A stretch of 64,000 nt of DNA from an uncultured bacterium (GCA_963708045.1 OY970181.1:1061443-1125442), one strand, 5' to 3'. Positions 1 through 9,029 are shown, counted from the stretch's first letter. Notes: generated by a model from the sequence alone, not told the origin. Translations and numbers: made by a program.

Positions 1-1621
1 ACGAAGCGGCGCTTGACATTGAATTGGCAAAAATAAGCGGCGACCAAACAAACCCCGGCGTGCCGCGATACCAATTGGGCGGATTTTTATCCAATCCTTC
101 AAAAACCTTTGCCCATTTGTCGGCGACGCCAAAAATCATCGCGTACGGAAGATAGTCGGAAAAAATATTTTCTTTTTCCTGCCACTTGGCGCGATATTTT
201 TCCGCTTTGCCGATAAATTCCTTAAAGCCGAGCATTTTCATATAGGCCACGTTTCCAGCCACGGTTCTGGAAGGCATAAAGTAACCAAAAATCGCAATCA
301 AAATCGCCGGCGCAAAAAGCGCGACATAACCGGTTGGACCAAAATTTAAATCTGTCCACACCTTAAGAAGAACAAACGCGACAATGGCATAAGACGCCGC
401 CGCACCAAAATACCCTCCCCGGATCCGCGCAGGCGACCCCTTATACCAGCCACGCGCAACCACCGCGTCCGCCATCGCCAACTTGATTGACGGCAGGGCT
501 GTATAAAATTTGTTTTCTAGATCGCTAAGCTTAACCCGCTCCCCGACCTTACCAACGAAAATGCCGTCCAGAATTTTAATCTCAAAATCTTTTAGCGTTT
601 GATCGGAGGCGAATTCTTTTTTAAGCTCAAAAATATAACTATGCGATGAGCCAAAAATATTTTTCTTTTCCGTTTCCTCAATCACCAAACAACCTTTTAC
701 AGCTAAGTGCACGATGGTCGCCGACACTTCAGACATTCCAACTTGTCCTTTTTCCAAAACCGAAAGCTCGGCCGGCGCCGCGCCTTCGTATGGCTCGTAT
801 TCCACAACCATTGTCTTTGTCATCAAGGGATCGCGACCATATTTCCACCAGCGCCAAAAAAGAAAAGCAAAAATGATAAACGGCCACAAAATTATCCAGT
901 TGTCGCCAAGCCAAGCCCAAATATTTTCAAAAACCGTCGGCGGCTGAACAATTCCCTTTGGCCAACCAACGACAATCGTGAGGACGGTTGTTTGATAAGG
1001 AATTACTTTTAATGTACTCCTACTGCTTTTAAAGGTTACGCCACTCGCCGACTTGGAAATATCACAGATTTCCGATGCATTCTGACCAAGTTCGGTAAAA
1101 CATTTTGTTTTAATACTATCCGCACCAACCGAGGCAGGAAGCGTTACGCTTGCGCTCACCGCGTCTGGCCAACCAAGGTCACCCCAGGGCTCGGAAGATA
1201 CGTTCCAATAAAGCTCGTCGTGGTCAAGAAGAAACAAAAGCGCCCGCGACACGTTATACGAAATCACATACTCTTGTTTGCCGGTTATAAGTTTATCAGC
1301 ATCCCCGATTTGAATTCGCAGACGATCGCCGTTTCGCGAAAGCGCGTACGTAAGCGGCGCGCCGTTTTTATCGGTAACCGAATTAACCGTTATTTTTGTT
1401 GAAAAAGGATTGCCGGTATCGGTTTTGTATTTAACGGGAAGATCGCGAAAAATTCCGTGCTTCATTACGTCAAAATCAACCACCGCCGTTTCTGTAATAT
1501 GAAACGTCCCGTCGGCATTAATTTTAATCTGCTGATCCAATGAATTAAAAGTAGAAGCCAGCGCTGGTGTAGCCGCCGCGATCATTAATGCCGCGATTGC
1601 GATAATAAAACTTTTCCGCAT
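1..1621 (-). CDS. DUF2207-family membrane protein (3' end runs off the window)
   Basis: Read manually from ATG 1621: MRKSFIIAIAALMIAATPALA signal, then INADGTFHITE..HGIFRDLP and C-terminal PPNWYRG. Both ends are in the same frame. Not in the ORF track because there is no stop in the window. Confidence 0.8.
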   Translation of the reverse strand, partial: MRKSFIIAIAALMIAAATPALASTFNSLDQQIKINADGTFHITETAVVDFDVMKHGIFRDLPVKYKTDTGNPFSTKITVNSVTDKNGAPLTYALSRNGDRLRIQIGDADKLITGKQEYVISYNVSRALLFLLDHDELYWNVSSEPWGDLGWPDAVSASVTLPASVGADSIKTKCFTELGQNASEICDISKSASGVTFKSSRSTLKVIPYQTTVLTIVVGWPKGIVQPPTVFENIWAWLGDNWIILWPFIIFAFLFWRWWKYGRDPLMTKTMVVEYEPYEGAAPAELSVLEKGQVGMSEVSATIVHLAVKGCLVIEETEKKNIFGSSHSYIFELKKEFASDQTLKDFEIKILDGIFVGKVGERVKLSDLENKFYTALPSIKLAMADAVVARGWYKGSPARIRGGYFGAAASYAIVAFVLLKVWTDLNFGPTGYVALFAPAILIAIFGYFMPSRTVAGNVAYMKMLGFKEFIGKAEKYRAKWQEKENIFSDYLPYAMIFGVADKWAKVFEGLDKNPPNWYRGTPGFVWSPLIFANSMSSAAS

Positions 1622-1687
1622 AAAGATATAGGGTCTAGGGTCTAGGGTTTAGTGATTTTCTATACCCTATACGCTATACCCTTGACC

Positions 1688-2677
1688 CTACTTAAGGTAC
1701 TTCGCCTTCATCTCATTATGTTCGTCCAGCGTCCGCGAATATATGACGACACCGTCTTTGGTTGTAAGAAAATACCAAAACGAATTGGTTTTCGGTTTTA
1801 AAACGGCGTTAATCGCCGAAAGGCCAGGGTTGGCAATCGGCCCTGGCGGCAAGCTGGCATTTTTATAAGTGTTATACGCCGAGGCAACAGCCAAATCGTT
1901 CGCGTTTAGTTTAAGTTCGCTTTTATGAAGCGCATAATTTACTGTGGAGTCGGCCTGGAGCGGCATTCCGCTTTTAAGCCGGCGCAAGAAAAGATCGGCA
2001 ATAAGGGCGCGATCGTCGGCGGTTGGCACTTCTTTTTCCACAATTGAGGCCAAAATGAGCGCGTCAAATTTTGGACTAAGCGCCGTTGTTTTGACTTTAA
2101 ATTCATCCAGCATTTTTATAATGACATCAAGCGCTGGACTGTTTTCGTAAAAACGGTATGTGTCGGGAAAAAGAAAACCTTCTAAATTTGGTGCGCTTGT
2201 GAGAAACGGATAATTCTTAAGCAAGTCGGTTGCTAATGATATTTTTTCTCCTGGTTTTCCGGCGACCGCATAAAAATCATCAACATTTTTTATAACCTTT
2301 AGAGAAACGAGACGCTCAGCGATTTCAGTCAGGTTATAACCTTCCGGAATCGTCACGCTCACTTCTTTTTTGCCAACATAACTTAAGGTCGCGAGAATAT
2401 CGGAAATAGACATTCCTTTTTTAAACACAAAACTGCCAGGATGAATTTTTTTCGCTTCGCCGTATAGTTCGGCAGCAACGGCAAAAAGCGTTTTTGAAGA
2501 AATCACCCCCGCCGCTTTAAGCTGAACCGCGATTTCGTCAAGGGTTTCTCCGTTCGCAATGGAAACGGTTTTTTCCGGAGCGCCCACGGAAGGCGAACGC
2601 AGATACATTTCGTAAGCCCCAGCACCCACGCAAATAAGAATAAAGAGCGCAACCAGTTTGCCGAACAATTTTGTCAT
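1688..2677 (-). CDS. mltG: Endolytic transglycosylase MltG
   Basis: N-terminal TM; motifs VTIPEG, LEGFLFPDTY, LASIVEKE, MPLQADSTV, YNTY..LPPGPIANPG. Confidence 0.95.
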   Translation of the reverse strand: MTKLFGKLVALFILICVGAGAYEMYLRSPSVGAPEKTVSIANGETLDEIAVQLKAAGVISSKTLFAVAAELYGEAKKIHPGSFVFKKGMSISDILATLSYVGKKEVSVTIPEGYNLTEIAERLVSLKVIKNVDDFYAVAGKPGEKISLATDLLKNYPFLTSAPNLEGFLFPDTYRFYENSPALDVIIKMLDEFKVKTTALSPKFDALILASIVEKEVPTADDRALIADLFLRRLKSGMPLQADSTVNYALHKSELKLNANDLAVASAYNTYKNASLPPGPIANPGLSAINAVLKPKTNSFWYFLTTKDGVVIYSRTLDEHNEMKAKYLK

Positions 2678-3228
2678 AGGGTTATTTCTTTAATCTTGTT
2701 TTTCAAAATAAAATGTGTTAGCCGATGGAGGGCAAGCGCGCTTGCCGCTCCGAGCACCATACCAAAAATAATGTCGCTCGGGTAGTGGACGCCGACTGCG
2801 ACCCGGCCAAGCGAAACCAAAGCGGCCATTGCCAAAAACACCGTTCCCCATTTACGATTCCACAAAAAAAGACCAAAAGCGAGACCAAAAACAGCCGAAG
2901 CATGGCTAGAGGGAAAAGATTTTGAAAAATCAGAAACATTAATAAGCAAATTACTGCCGGCGATTTCCAAAAACGGGCGCGGGCGATAATAAAAAACGCC
3001 GACAAGATAATTGATTCCCAAAGCGACAAACGACGAAGCAAGGGATGAAAAAAATGGAATCAAGCGAATTTTTTTATTTTCCCAAAAGTAAACGCCGAGC
3101 GCGGCAAACATAAAAAAAACAAGAACCGTAGAAAAGAAAACCAAGACGCCATCAAGAATACTGAATCGTCCAGCAAGCGCATTTATCGCTTTAAAAAGCG
3201 TGATATCTATTTTTAACAAATACGCCAT
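2674..3228 (-). CDS. PAP2-family phosphatase (undecaprenyl-diphosphatase BcrC-like)
   Basis: RPRPF, SFPSSHA and RVAVGVHYPSDI motifs. Start moved to ATG 3228, directly after the znuC stop. Confidence 0.9.
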   Translation of the reverse strand: MAYLLKIDITLFKAINALAGRFSILDGVLVFFSTVLVFFMFAALGVYFWENKKIRLIPFFSSLASSFVALGINYLVGVFYYRPRPFLEIAGSNLLINVSDFSKSFPSSHASAVFGLAFGLFLWNRKWGTVFLAMAALVSLGRVAVGVHYPSDIIFGMVLGAASALALHRLTHFILKNKIKEITL

Positions 3229-3229
3229 G

Positions 3230-4072
3230 CTAATGCTTATGGTTATGTTCGTGGTGATGATGCCCGCTATGGTCGTTTGTCGGCAAAAAACTAATCCCCT
3301 GCCGGGCGGCGAGCGTGAGTGCTTCGCCTTCCAAAAATTTTTTTGGGTCGGTCGGCGAACCAACCGCGCAATGCAGACACATAAGCTTATTGACTTTGTG
3401 TCCGATAATATCCAGGTCATGCGTAACGATGACAATCGTCATTTTCTTTTTTTCATTCAAATACTGAAGCAGGTCATAAAATTCTTTTTCCGTCGCCACG
3501 TCAACGCCCAGCGTCGGCTCGTCAAAAAACAAAAGCTCAGGCTCGGAAACAATTGCGCGGCTGATTAGAACGCGTTGTTGTTGGCCGGTGGAAAGTTCGC
3601 CGATTTTCCTGGTAGCGAATTTTTCCATTCCAACTTCGCCAAGCGCTGTCGCAACCATAGCGCGATCGCTTTGACGGCGACTTGCGGACGCAGCACGTTT
3701 TCCAGCCAAGCCCGAAAGCACGACTTCAAAAACCGTGGCTGGAAAATTTCGGTCAAAATGAGTAGCGCGCTGAGCCAAATAGCCGATACGCCCGCCCAAA
3801 ACCGCCGCCGCTGGTTTTTTTCCCCAAAAAGAAACGTGGCCGGCGCGCGGTTCAATAAGACCGAGCATAATTTGCACGAGCGTTGTTTTGCCCGAACCAT
3901 TCGGCCCGACGATTCCAAAAAAATCACCGGCATTAATTTCAAAATTAACATTTTTCAGAATCGGTTCGTTCGCACGATAATAAAAACTAACATCTTCCGC
4001 CTTAACGACAGGTTCAATCACATTTACTGGACTAGCGATTACTTTTGGTTCTATTTTTGACTTTTTTCTCAT
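3230..4072 (-). CDS. znuC: Metal (Zn/Mn) ABC transporter ATP-binding protein, ZnuC-like
   Basis: GPNGSGKT Walker A, LSTGQQQR signature, FFDEPT, VTHD, His-rich C-terminus. Confidence 0.85.
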   Translation of the reverse strand: MRKKSKIEPKVIASPVNVIEPVVKAEDVSFYYRANEPILKNVNFEINAGDFFGIVGPNGSGKTTLVQIMLGLIEPRAGHVSFWGKKPAAAVLGGRIGYLAQRATHFDRNFPATVFEVVLSGLAGKRAASASRRQSDRAMVATALGEVGMEKFATRKIGELSTGQQQRVLISRAIVSEPELLFFDEPTLGVDVATEKEFYDLLQYLNEKKKMTIVIVTHDLDIIGHKVNKLMCLHCAVGSPTDPKKFLEGEALTLAARQGISFLPTNDHSGHHHHEHNHKH

Positions 4073-4083
4073 AAGTACGCGGG

Positions 4084-5685
4084 TTAAGGACTAACTTGCT
4101 CCGCTTCTGGCGGAACGGTAACCGGCCGAACCGGCAAATCGGCGCTGATAATTTCCGGCTTGGTAACATTACTTAAGTCCAGTGGATATGATTCGGTTTT
4201 CCAATAGCCAGGGTGAGTAACTGTCACATAATATGTATTTTTCCCGACCAAAAAATAATATCGCCCGCGGCGGTCAGAAATTTGCGTTTCCACAAGTTTG
4301 TTATAAGGCAAAGAAAACAAGCGGACAACGGCGTGGGCGATCGGCTTGGATGTAACTTCGTCCGAAACCACGCCCCAGCGGCCGCGATTTTTTACTTTTG
4401 AAAGCCGCTTTAAAAATAAATAAAAAACCAGTTGTAACCCGAGAATCACCCCCATATAAATTCCCGGTTTAGCGGCAAAAGAAAAAGCCGCCAAACAAAA
4501 ACTTGAAAGCGCGACGATGTTCCCAATTTTGTTCTTTAAATATTTTTTAACCAGAACGACATCGCCGACTGCTTCCGCCGCCGCGTCAACGGGAATTGCC
4601 GGGCTAACCGCCGTTTGTTCGCTCGCGCCAAATTCCGAACCAAAATACAGCGCGCCAAAGTCAGGATCGCTTTCGGCGCCCGCCATATTTTTTGACGGAA
4701 AAGAAAACCCCGGCTTGGTAACTTCTAGGCGATATTTTCCTTGTGGCGCCAAAAACATAAAACGACCGCTCGTGTCAGTGACTTTTGTCGCAATAACGCG
4801 ATTGGTCGTGGCGTCAACTAAACGCACGATTGCGAGATCAACCGGCAATCTGGTTCCAGAATTAAACACCACGCCCCAAGCCGCTTGGCGGCGACGGCGG
4901 CGAAAAAATAACGCCGGCTGAGTAAAAAACAGATACAAATAAAATCCGTATTGCGCCGTTGGCACTGAGCTCGCAGCAACGGCGACAACCGCAACCGTGC
5001 TCACTGGCGCCGCCGCTACTTCGGCCGTTGTTTCCACAATCGGATTATCTAAAACAACGCGCTTCGTAAGAATAATGGCGTTTACCGCGGGCATAACCGC
5101 CGTACCAACGGAAACCGCCGCCTCTTGTGTCACTCTTTTTTGCGTCGCGGCGGCGACCGCAGGCGGCGGATCAGCAAAACCCGACGGTGTTTCTATTTGC
5201 GCGCCAGCTTTTTGTCCGGAAAAATCGGTTTCTAAATAAAAACTAACGCGATAATTTAGACACGGCGACGCGTTACAGGCTGTGCCGTCAGAATTTAATG
5301 ATTCGTAAAGATAGTCCGCACCAAACGGTCCGGGGTTTTTGGGAACGTTAGAAAGATACACTTCGTCCTGCGGTGAATCGGTAAAACCGGCGGACGTTAA
5401 ATAATGACTGCCCGTTCCACCAAGAACCAAACCACCATCACCTCTAACGCCATCGGTCGGATACCCACCTGTGTCGTTTACGGAATATTCCAAAGCCTTA
5501 TGGATTGTATCCAAATTTGCAATCCGCGCCACGTCGCGCGACTTAGCACGGACGCTTTCATAAGAAACCGTAGCAATCGTGCTCATCAGTCCAATGATGC
5601 TGATGACGGTTAAAAGCTCAACCAAGGTAAAACCGCGATGATGCTTAGGTTGTAAGTTGTTGGTTGTAAGTTGTTGGGAAAACAT
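4084..5685 (-). CDS. Type IV pilin-like N-terminus fused to membrane and carboxypeptidase-regulatory-like domains
   Basis: RG/FTLVELL prepilin motif; C..SPC pilin loop; two 'WGVV...AIVRL...TD..GRF/Y.FL' beta-sandwich modules separated by TM helices. Confidence 0.8.
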   Translation of the reverse strand: MFSQQLTTNNLQPKHHRGFTLVELLTVISIIGLMSTIATVSYESVRAKSRDVARIANLDTIHKALEYSVNDTGGYPTDGVRGDGGLVLGGTGSHYLTSAGFTDSPQDEVYLSNVPKNPGPFGADYLYESLNSDGTACNASPCLNYRVSFYLETDFSGQKAGAQIETPSGFADPPPAVAAATQKRVTQEAAVSVGTAVMPAVNAIILTKRVVLDNPIVETTAEVAAAPVSTVAVVAVAASSVPTAQYGFYLYLFFTQPALFFRRRRRQAAWGVVFNSGTRLPVDLAIVRLVDATTNRVIATKVTDTSGRFMFLAPQGKYRLEVTKPGFSFPSKNMAGAESDPDFGALYFGSEFGASEQTAVSPAIPVDAAAEAVGDVVLVKKYLKNKIGNIVALSSFCLAAFSFAAKPGIYMGVILGLQLVFYLFLKRLSKVKNRGRWGVVSDEVTSKPIAHAVVRLFSLPYNKLVETQISDRRGRYYFLVGKNTYYVTVTHPGYWKTESYPLDLSNVTKPEIISADLPVRPVTVPPEAEQVSP

Positions 5686-5793
5686 TAATAAATTGTACTA
5701 CAAATATATCCTATTCCCTAGTCCATAATTTTTAACAACAAAAACTGGCCACGCCTAGGCGAAACCAGTTTTTGTTATCGTGTCAAAATAAAC

Positions 5794-6300
5794 TCAGGAA
5801 ACCAGAACCGGTCCAAGCGCCATTACTTCTTCAGCGTCTTTTTTAGTTATAACTTTTTTATCAGCCAATTTAACCGCCAGCAGATCAACTTTATCGTTGG
5901 TATTCATAAAACCATCGCGCATCTCTGACCGAAGCGAGCCGATCTCGGTTCTAACCGAAGAAATCTCAGAATGGAGTTCGTTACGAAGCCCGGATATCTC
6001 CGACTTAAGCTCAGTGCGTACAGCCGATATCTCCGACTTAAGTTCAAGACGAACCGAGGACAGTCTAGCATCGACCCCGGCAATATCATTCTTAAGCTCA
6101 GTGCGCAAGATATCAACCTTTTGATTAACATCAACAATATCTTTACCCACCTGATCAAATCCAGCCTTAACGATCGTCACCAAATCATCAATAGCCGCGG
6201 CATTTTCTTTAATGGCGACAGAGTTTTCTTTGATAGCCAAAGCGCTTTCTTTAACTAGAGCGGCCAATTCGTCAATTTTTTCGTTTGTTCTCTTTTCCAT
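5794..6300 (-). CDS. Coiled-coil protein with 11-residue ELKSEIS repeats
   Basis: Repeats RTELKNDI / RLELKSEIS / RTELKSEIS / RNELHSEIS; DNA repeats of about 33 bp. Confidence 0.7.
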   Translation of the reverse strand: MEKRTNEKIDELAALVKESALAIKENSVAIKENAAAIDDLVTIVKAGFDQVGKDIVDVNQKVDILRTELKNDIAGVDARLSSVRLELKSEISAVRTELKSEISGLRNELHSEISSVRTEIGSLRSEMRDGFMNTNDKVDLLAVKLADKKVITKKDAEEVMALGPVLVS

Positions 6301-6322
6301 ACAAAAACCATTCTACACCTTT

Positions 6323-7324
6323 TTAAGTCCTGTCAAAAGCCTCGTTGTTTAATATCATATTTTGCAAACTTTGTGTGTCCCCGTGGCTCAAAAGTCCCAG
6401 ATATGACTTGATTGTCGCTTTGCTCGGATGCTCGGCAATGCGCTTAAACATTCGCCGTTCAGTCGTCTTTCGCAAAACGCGATGATCGGAGAAATGCGTC
6501 CACCCCAAAAAATCAACGCCTGAGCCAAAGGTCTTGAGAATTATCTTGTCCGGATGCATCGTTAGCCGTAAATTGTTTTGGAGATAATCGGATACAATCG
6601 GCAAAATCGCCAGCAACTCATTTTTATACGGTGACAAGAAAACAAAATCATCAGCATAGCGAATGTAATGTGAAAATCGTAAATACTGTTTCACAAATAA
6701 ATCCAGTTCATTCAAATACACATTGGCAAAAAGTTGCGAAGTCAAATTTCCGAGCGGTATACCAACACCCGATCGTCCGGAATTAAAACTACCAACAATA
6801 TTAACGAGGAGCAAACAAATATCGTCATCAGGTATTCGTTCAAAAAGAAGTTTTAATAATATCGTCTGATTGACGCTCGCAAAGAACTTGCGAATGTCGC
6901 ACTTCAAAACCCAAACTGTGCGCGTATGATTTTTGCCAACTTTCAAAGCAAGATCGCGAAACCGGTTCAAGGCCGCGTGCGTGCCTTTGTCTATTCGGCA
7001 AGAAAAGGAATCCGCTACGAAAATTCTATCAAAGAATGGGTATAGTAAACGGTGTACGGCATGGTGCAAAAGGCGGTCGCGCACCGAGGCTTTATGAATC
7101 TGCCGCGGCTTGGGGTCGGAAATGCGAAAGGCGCGGTAGCCGCCATGACGATATTTATGCGTAGTCAAATCTTTGTGAAGTTGTAAAATATTATCCATCA
7201 GGTTATCGGAGAACTCTTGCACATCGGTCTTGCCTCGTTTTCCGGCGGCGAATTCTTCCCAAGCGGCACATAAATTTTCAAGTGATGTAACTTCATCAAA
7301 GCTATGGATCAAAATCTTTTTCAT
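6323..7324 (-). CDS. DGR reverse transcriptase
   Basis: PKPRQIH, RDRLLHHA, KCDIRKFF, GIPLGNLTSQLFANVYL (DGR-type SQ motif), YIRYADDF, GVDFLG; no intron maturase or endonuclease domain; adjacent TR/VR pair. Confidence 0.97.
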   Translation of the reverse strand: MKKILIHSFDEVTSLENLCAAWEEFAAGKRGKTDVQEFSDNLMDNILQLHKDLTTHKYRHGGYRAFRISDPKPRQIHKASVRDRLLHHAVHRLLYPFFDRIFVADSFSCRIDKGTHAALNRFRDLALKVGKNHTRTVWVLKCDIRKFFASVNQTILLKLLFERIPDDDICLLLVNIVGSFNSGRSGVGIPLGNLTSQLFANVYLNELDLFVKQYLRFSHYIRYADDFVFLSPYKNELLAILPIVSDYLQNNLRLTMHPDKIILKTFGSGVDFLGWTHFSDHRVLRKTTERRMFKRIAEHPSKATIKSYLGLLSHGDTQSLQNMILNNEAFDRT

Positions 7325-7333
7325 AATTCTAGT

Positions 7334-7697
7334 ATGTTACCCCCCCCCGACGGATTTCAAGGAAATTCCAATTTTGCGACGAGCGATAGACGCATACAAA
7401 CTTTGGCACAGCTTTCTTAATGCCATGCCACGAATGACAAAGTACACTTTGGGATCGCGAATTGACGGCCTTTTTGGCGACTTGATTGAAAACTTATCAG
7501 CTGCAGGATATGCGATAAAAGAAAACAAGATATCATTTCTCAATTCCGCAAGCGTAAACCTTGATCTAGTCAAATTATTTCTGCGTCTTGCTTGGGAAAT
7601 AAAAGCTCTTGACCATAAAAAATACGCCGCAGTCTCGGAACCAATAAACGACATTGGGCGAATGCTTGGTGGTTGGCGAAAACACCTTATTACTTAA
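7334..7697 (+). CDS. avd: DGR accessory variability determinant Avd (four-helix bundle); start ambiguous, ATG 7334 out of frame across C9
   Basis: MPRMTKYTLGSRID, LRLAWEIKAL, IGRMLGGW Avd-like motifs; located between RT and TR; alternative in-frame TTG at 7374. Confidence 0.85.
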
Positions 7698-7725
7698 CAC
7701 CCTTGAACGTTGTCAAGGGTGTTAA
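7694..7725. terminator. Perfect 13-bp hairpin between the avd stop and the TR 3' end
   Basis: TTAACACCCTTGA-acgttg-TCAAGGGTGTTAA; contains the avd stop codon. Confidence 0.7.
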
Positions 7726-7735
7726 CTGAAAAGAG

Positions 7736-7873
7736 TTGCTGACGGCGAGGAAGAACCAGTTCGCGTTCCACTGATTGCTGGGGTCGTCGTAGTTGAGGTT
7801 GAGGTTCCGTTCGCGATCGTTCTCGTTCAAGTACGCAACGTGGAGATGATCACCGAAGCGAGCGACCGAGCCG
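7736..7873 (-). ncRNA. DGR template repeat (TR)
   Basis: 138 bp, 127/138 identical to 8210-8347; every mismatch is an A on the minus strand; 7 AAC codons in the target reading frame. Confidence 0.97.
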
Positions 7874-8125
7874 TCTGAATATGTTCAAAACCGTCCGCAC
7901 CACCACCCCTTGAATTCTCTTGGGGTTGAATTTTATACCGAGCCCTTGCTCGCTGATTTTGAACACCAAGTATTTTCAGTTTCGCACGACGATGATGCTC
8001 TAATCAGCGGCTTGCCGCTAGATTATTCTGACCCGTCGTTCGCGCGCAGATTCGGCCGCCTGAAACCTTAGTCGCAAGCAGATTTGCCTAATCCAATTAT
8101 AATTATACACCAAAAATAAAAATCA

Positions 8126-8153
8126 CCCCGCACAACACGAATGTTGTGCGGGG
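8126..8153 (-). terminator. GC-rich hairpin downstream of VR (terminator and/or DGR retrohoming hairpin)
   Basis: CCCCGCACAACA-cgaa-TGTTGTGCGGGG, 12-bp stem, followed by a T-rich run on the minus strand. Confidence 0.8.
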
Positions 8154-8205
8154 CCGAATGATCCAAGGGTACCGACCAAGCACCAAGTACCAAGAACCCA
8201 AGTGG

Positions 8206-8823
8206 TTACTTGCTGACGGCGAGGAAGAACCAGTTCGCGTCCCACTGAATGCTGGGGTCGCCGTAGCTGAGGCTGAGGTCCCGCTCGCGATCGTCCCCGC
8301 TCAAGTACGCAACGTGGAGATGACCACCGAAGCGAGCGACCGAGCCGAGGGCAGCAATCAGATGCCTCCTTTGCTCATCTGGATACTTACTCGCAAAAGC
8401 GAGTAGTTCCTCGTAGAGCGCAGGGCGCAAACCAACTGCGTCCATAGCTTCAAGAATTTTCTTGGTCGTCATTTGACGGTCAATCCTGAAGTATTGGAAT
8501 ACTACGTCGCCAGCCGTCCGAACAATGCTCTTACATCGCTCAATTGGCTCGAACCGAGCCTTGGCGTAATCGGGGTTCACCCAATCAAACACCTTACTGA
8601 GTTCTTCGAACGACGGCTGAAGGTATTTCACGAGGGCTGTGAATACTTCAACTACCTTTTCGTTTACAGCCGCGAGTGCAGCCAGTGCCGCCGTAACCAT
8701 AACTTTGCCAAGAGCTGGTTTCTCGCCCACCGCCACAAATAGTTCTTCGGTCATACCTCCACCATTAAGCGAGGCCAGAAATGGACCCAATCCGCCGAGT
8801 TCTGTTTTGAATAGGTTTGCCAT
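8206..8823 (-). CDS. DGR target (variable) protein with C-terminal CLec-like variable region
   Basis: VR occupies the last ~46 codons (GSVARFGGHLHVAYLSGDDRERDLSLSYGDPSIQWDANWFFLAVSK); likely start MANLFK at 8823. Confidence 0.93.
   Translation of the reverse strand: MANLFKTELGGLGPFLASLNGGGMTEELFVAVGEKPALGKVMVTAALAALAAVNEKVVEVFTALVKYLQPSFEELSKVFDWVNPDYAKARFEPIERCKSIVRTAGDVVFQYFRIDRQMTTKKILEAMDAVGLRPALYEELLAFASKYPDEQRRHLIAALGSVARFGGHLHVAYLSGDDRERDLSLSYGDPSIQWDANWFFLAVSK
8210..8347 (-). repeat. DGR variable repeat (VR)
   Basis: Aligns ungapped to the TR; 10 A>G and 1 A>T substitutions. Confidence 0.97.
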
Positions 8824-8974
8824 TTTAGCTACCCTACCCTTTCTTAACCGTCCCGGTACATTCAAACAAACGCACCACGCGCTGGTTTAAATTTCCCTGA
8901 TTTAAAAGGACGCACTTAATTTCATCATTTTAGAGACAAAAACAAATGCGTACTTTTTAAGCTCTCAACAAATG

Positions 8975-9003
8975 AAGATACCACAAAACAACGATTTTGT
9001 CAA
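8975..9003 (-). promoter_or_regulatory. Sigma70-type promoter of the DGR target gene
   Basis: Minus strand TTGACA-17 bp-TATCTT with TG extension. Confidence 0.6.
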
Positions 9004-9029
9004 GATTTCGCTTTGATAAATGTATATAT

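Noticed and set aside
6323-7324. Group II intron or retron interpretation of the RT
   Set aside because: Short RT with the SQ motif, no maturase/endonuclease domain, and an adjacent avd plus adenine-specific TR/VR pair.
7230-7333. Avd N-terminal extension from TTG 7230 in the ORF track
   Set aside because: It overlaps the conserved RT N-terminus on the opposite strand and has no Avd-like features.
8146-8406. Plus-strand 86-aa ORF over the VR
   Set aside because: Antisense shadow of the DGR target; mismatches are adenine-specific only on the minus strand.
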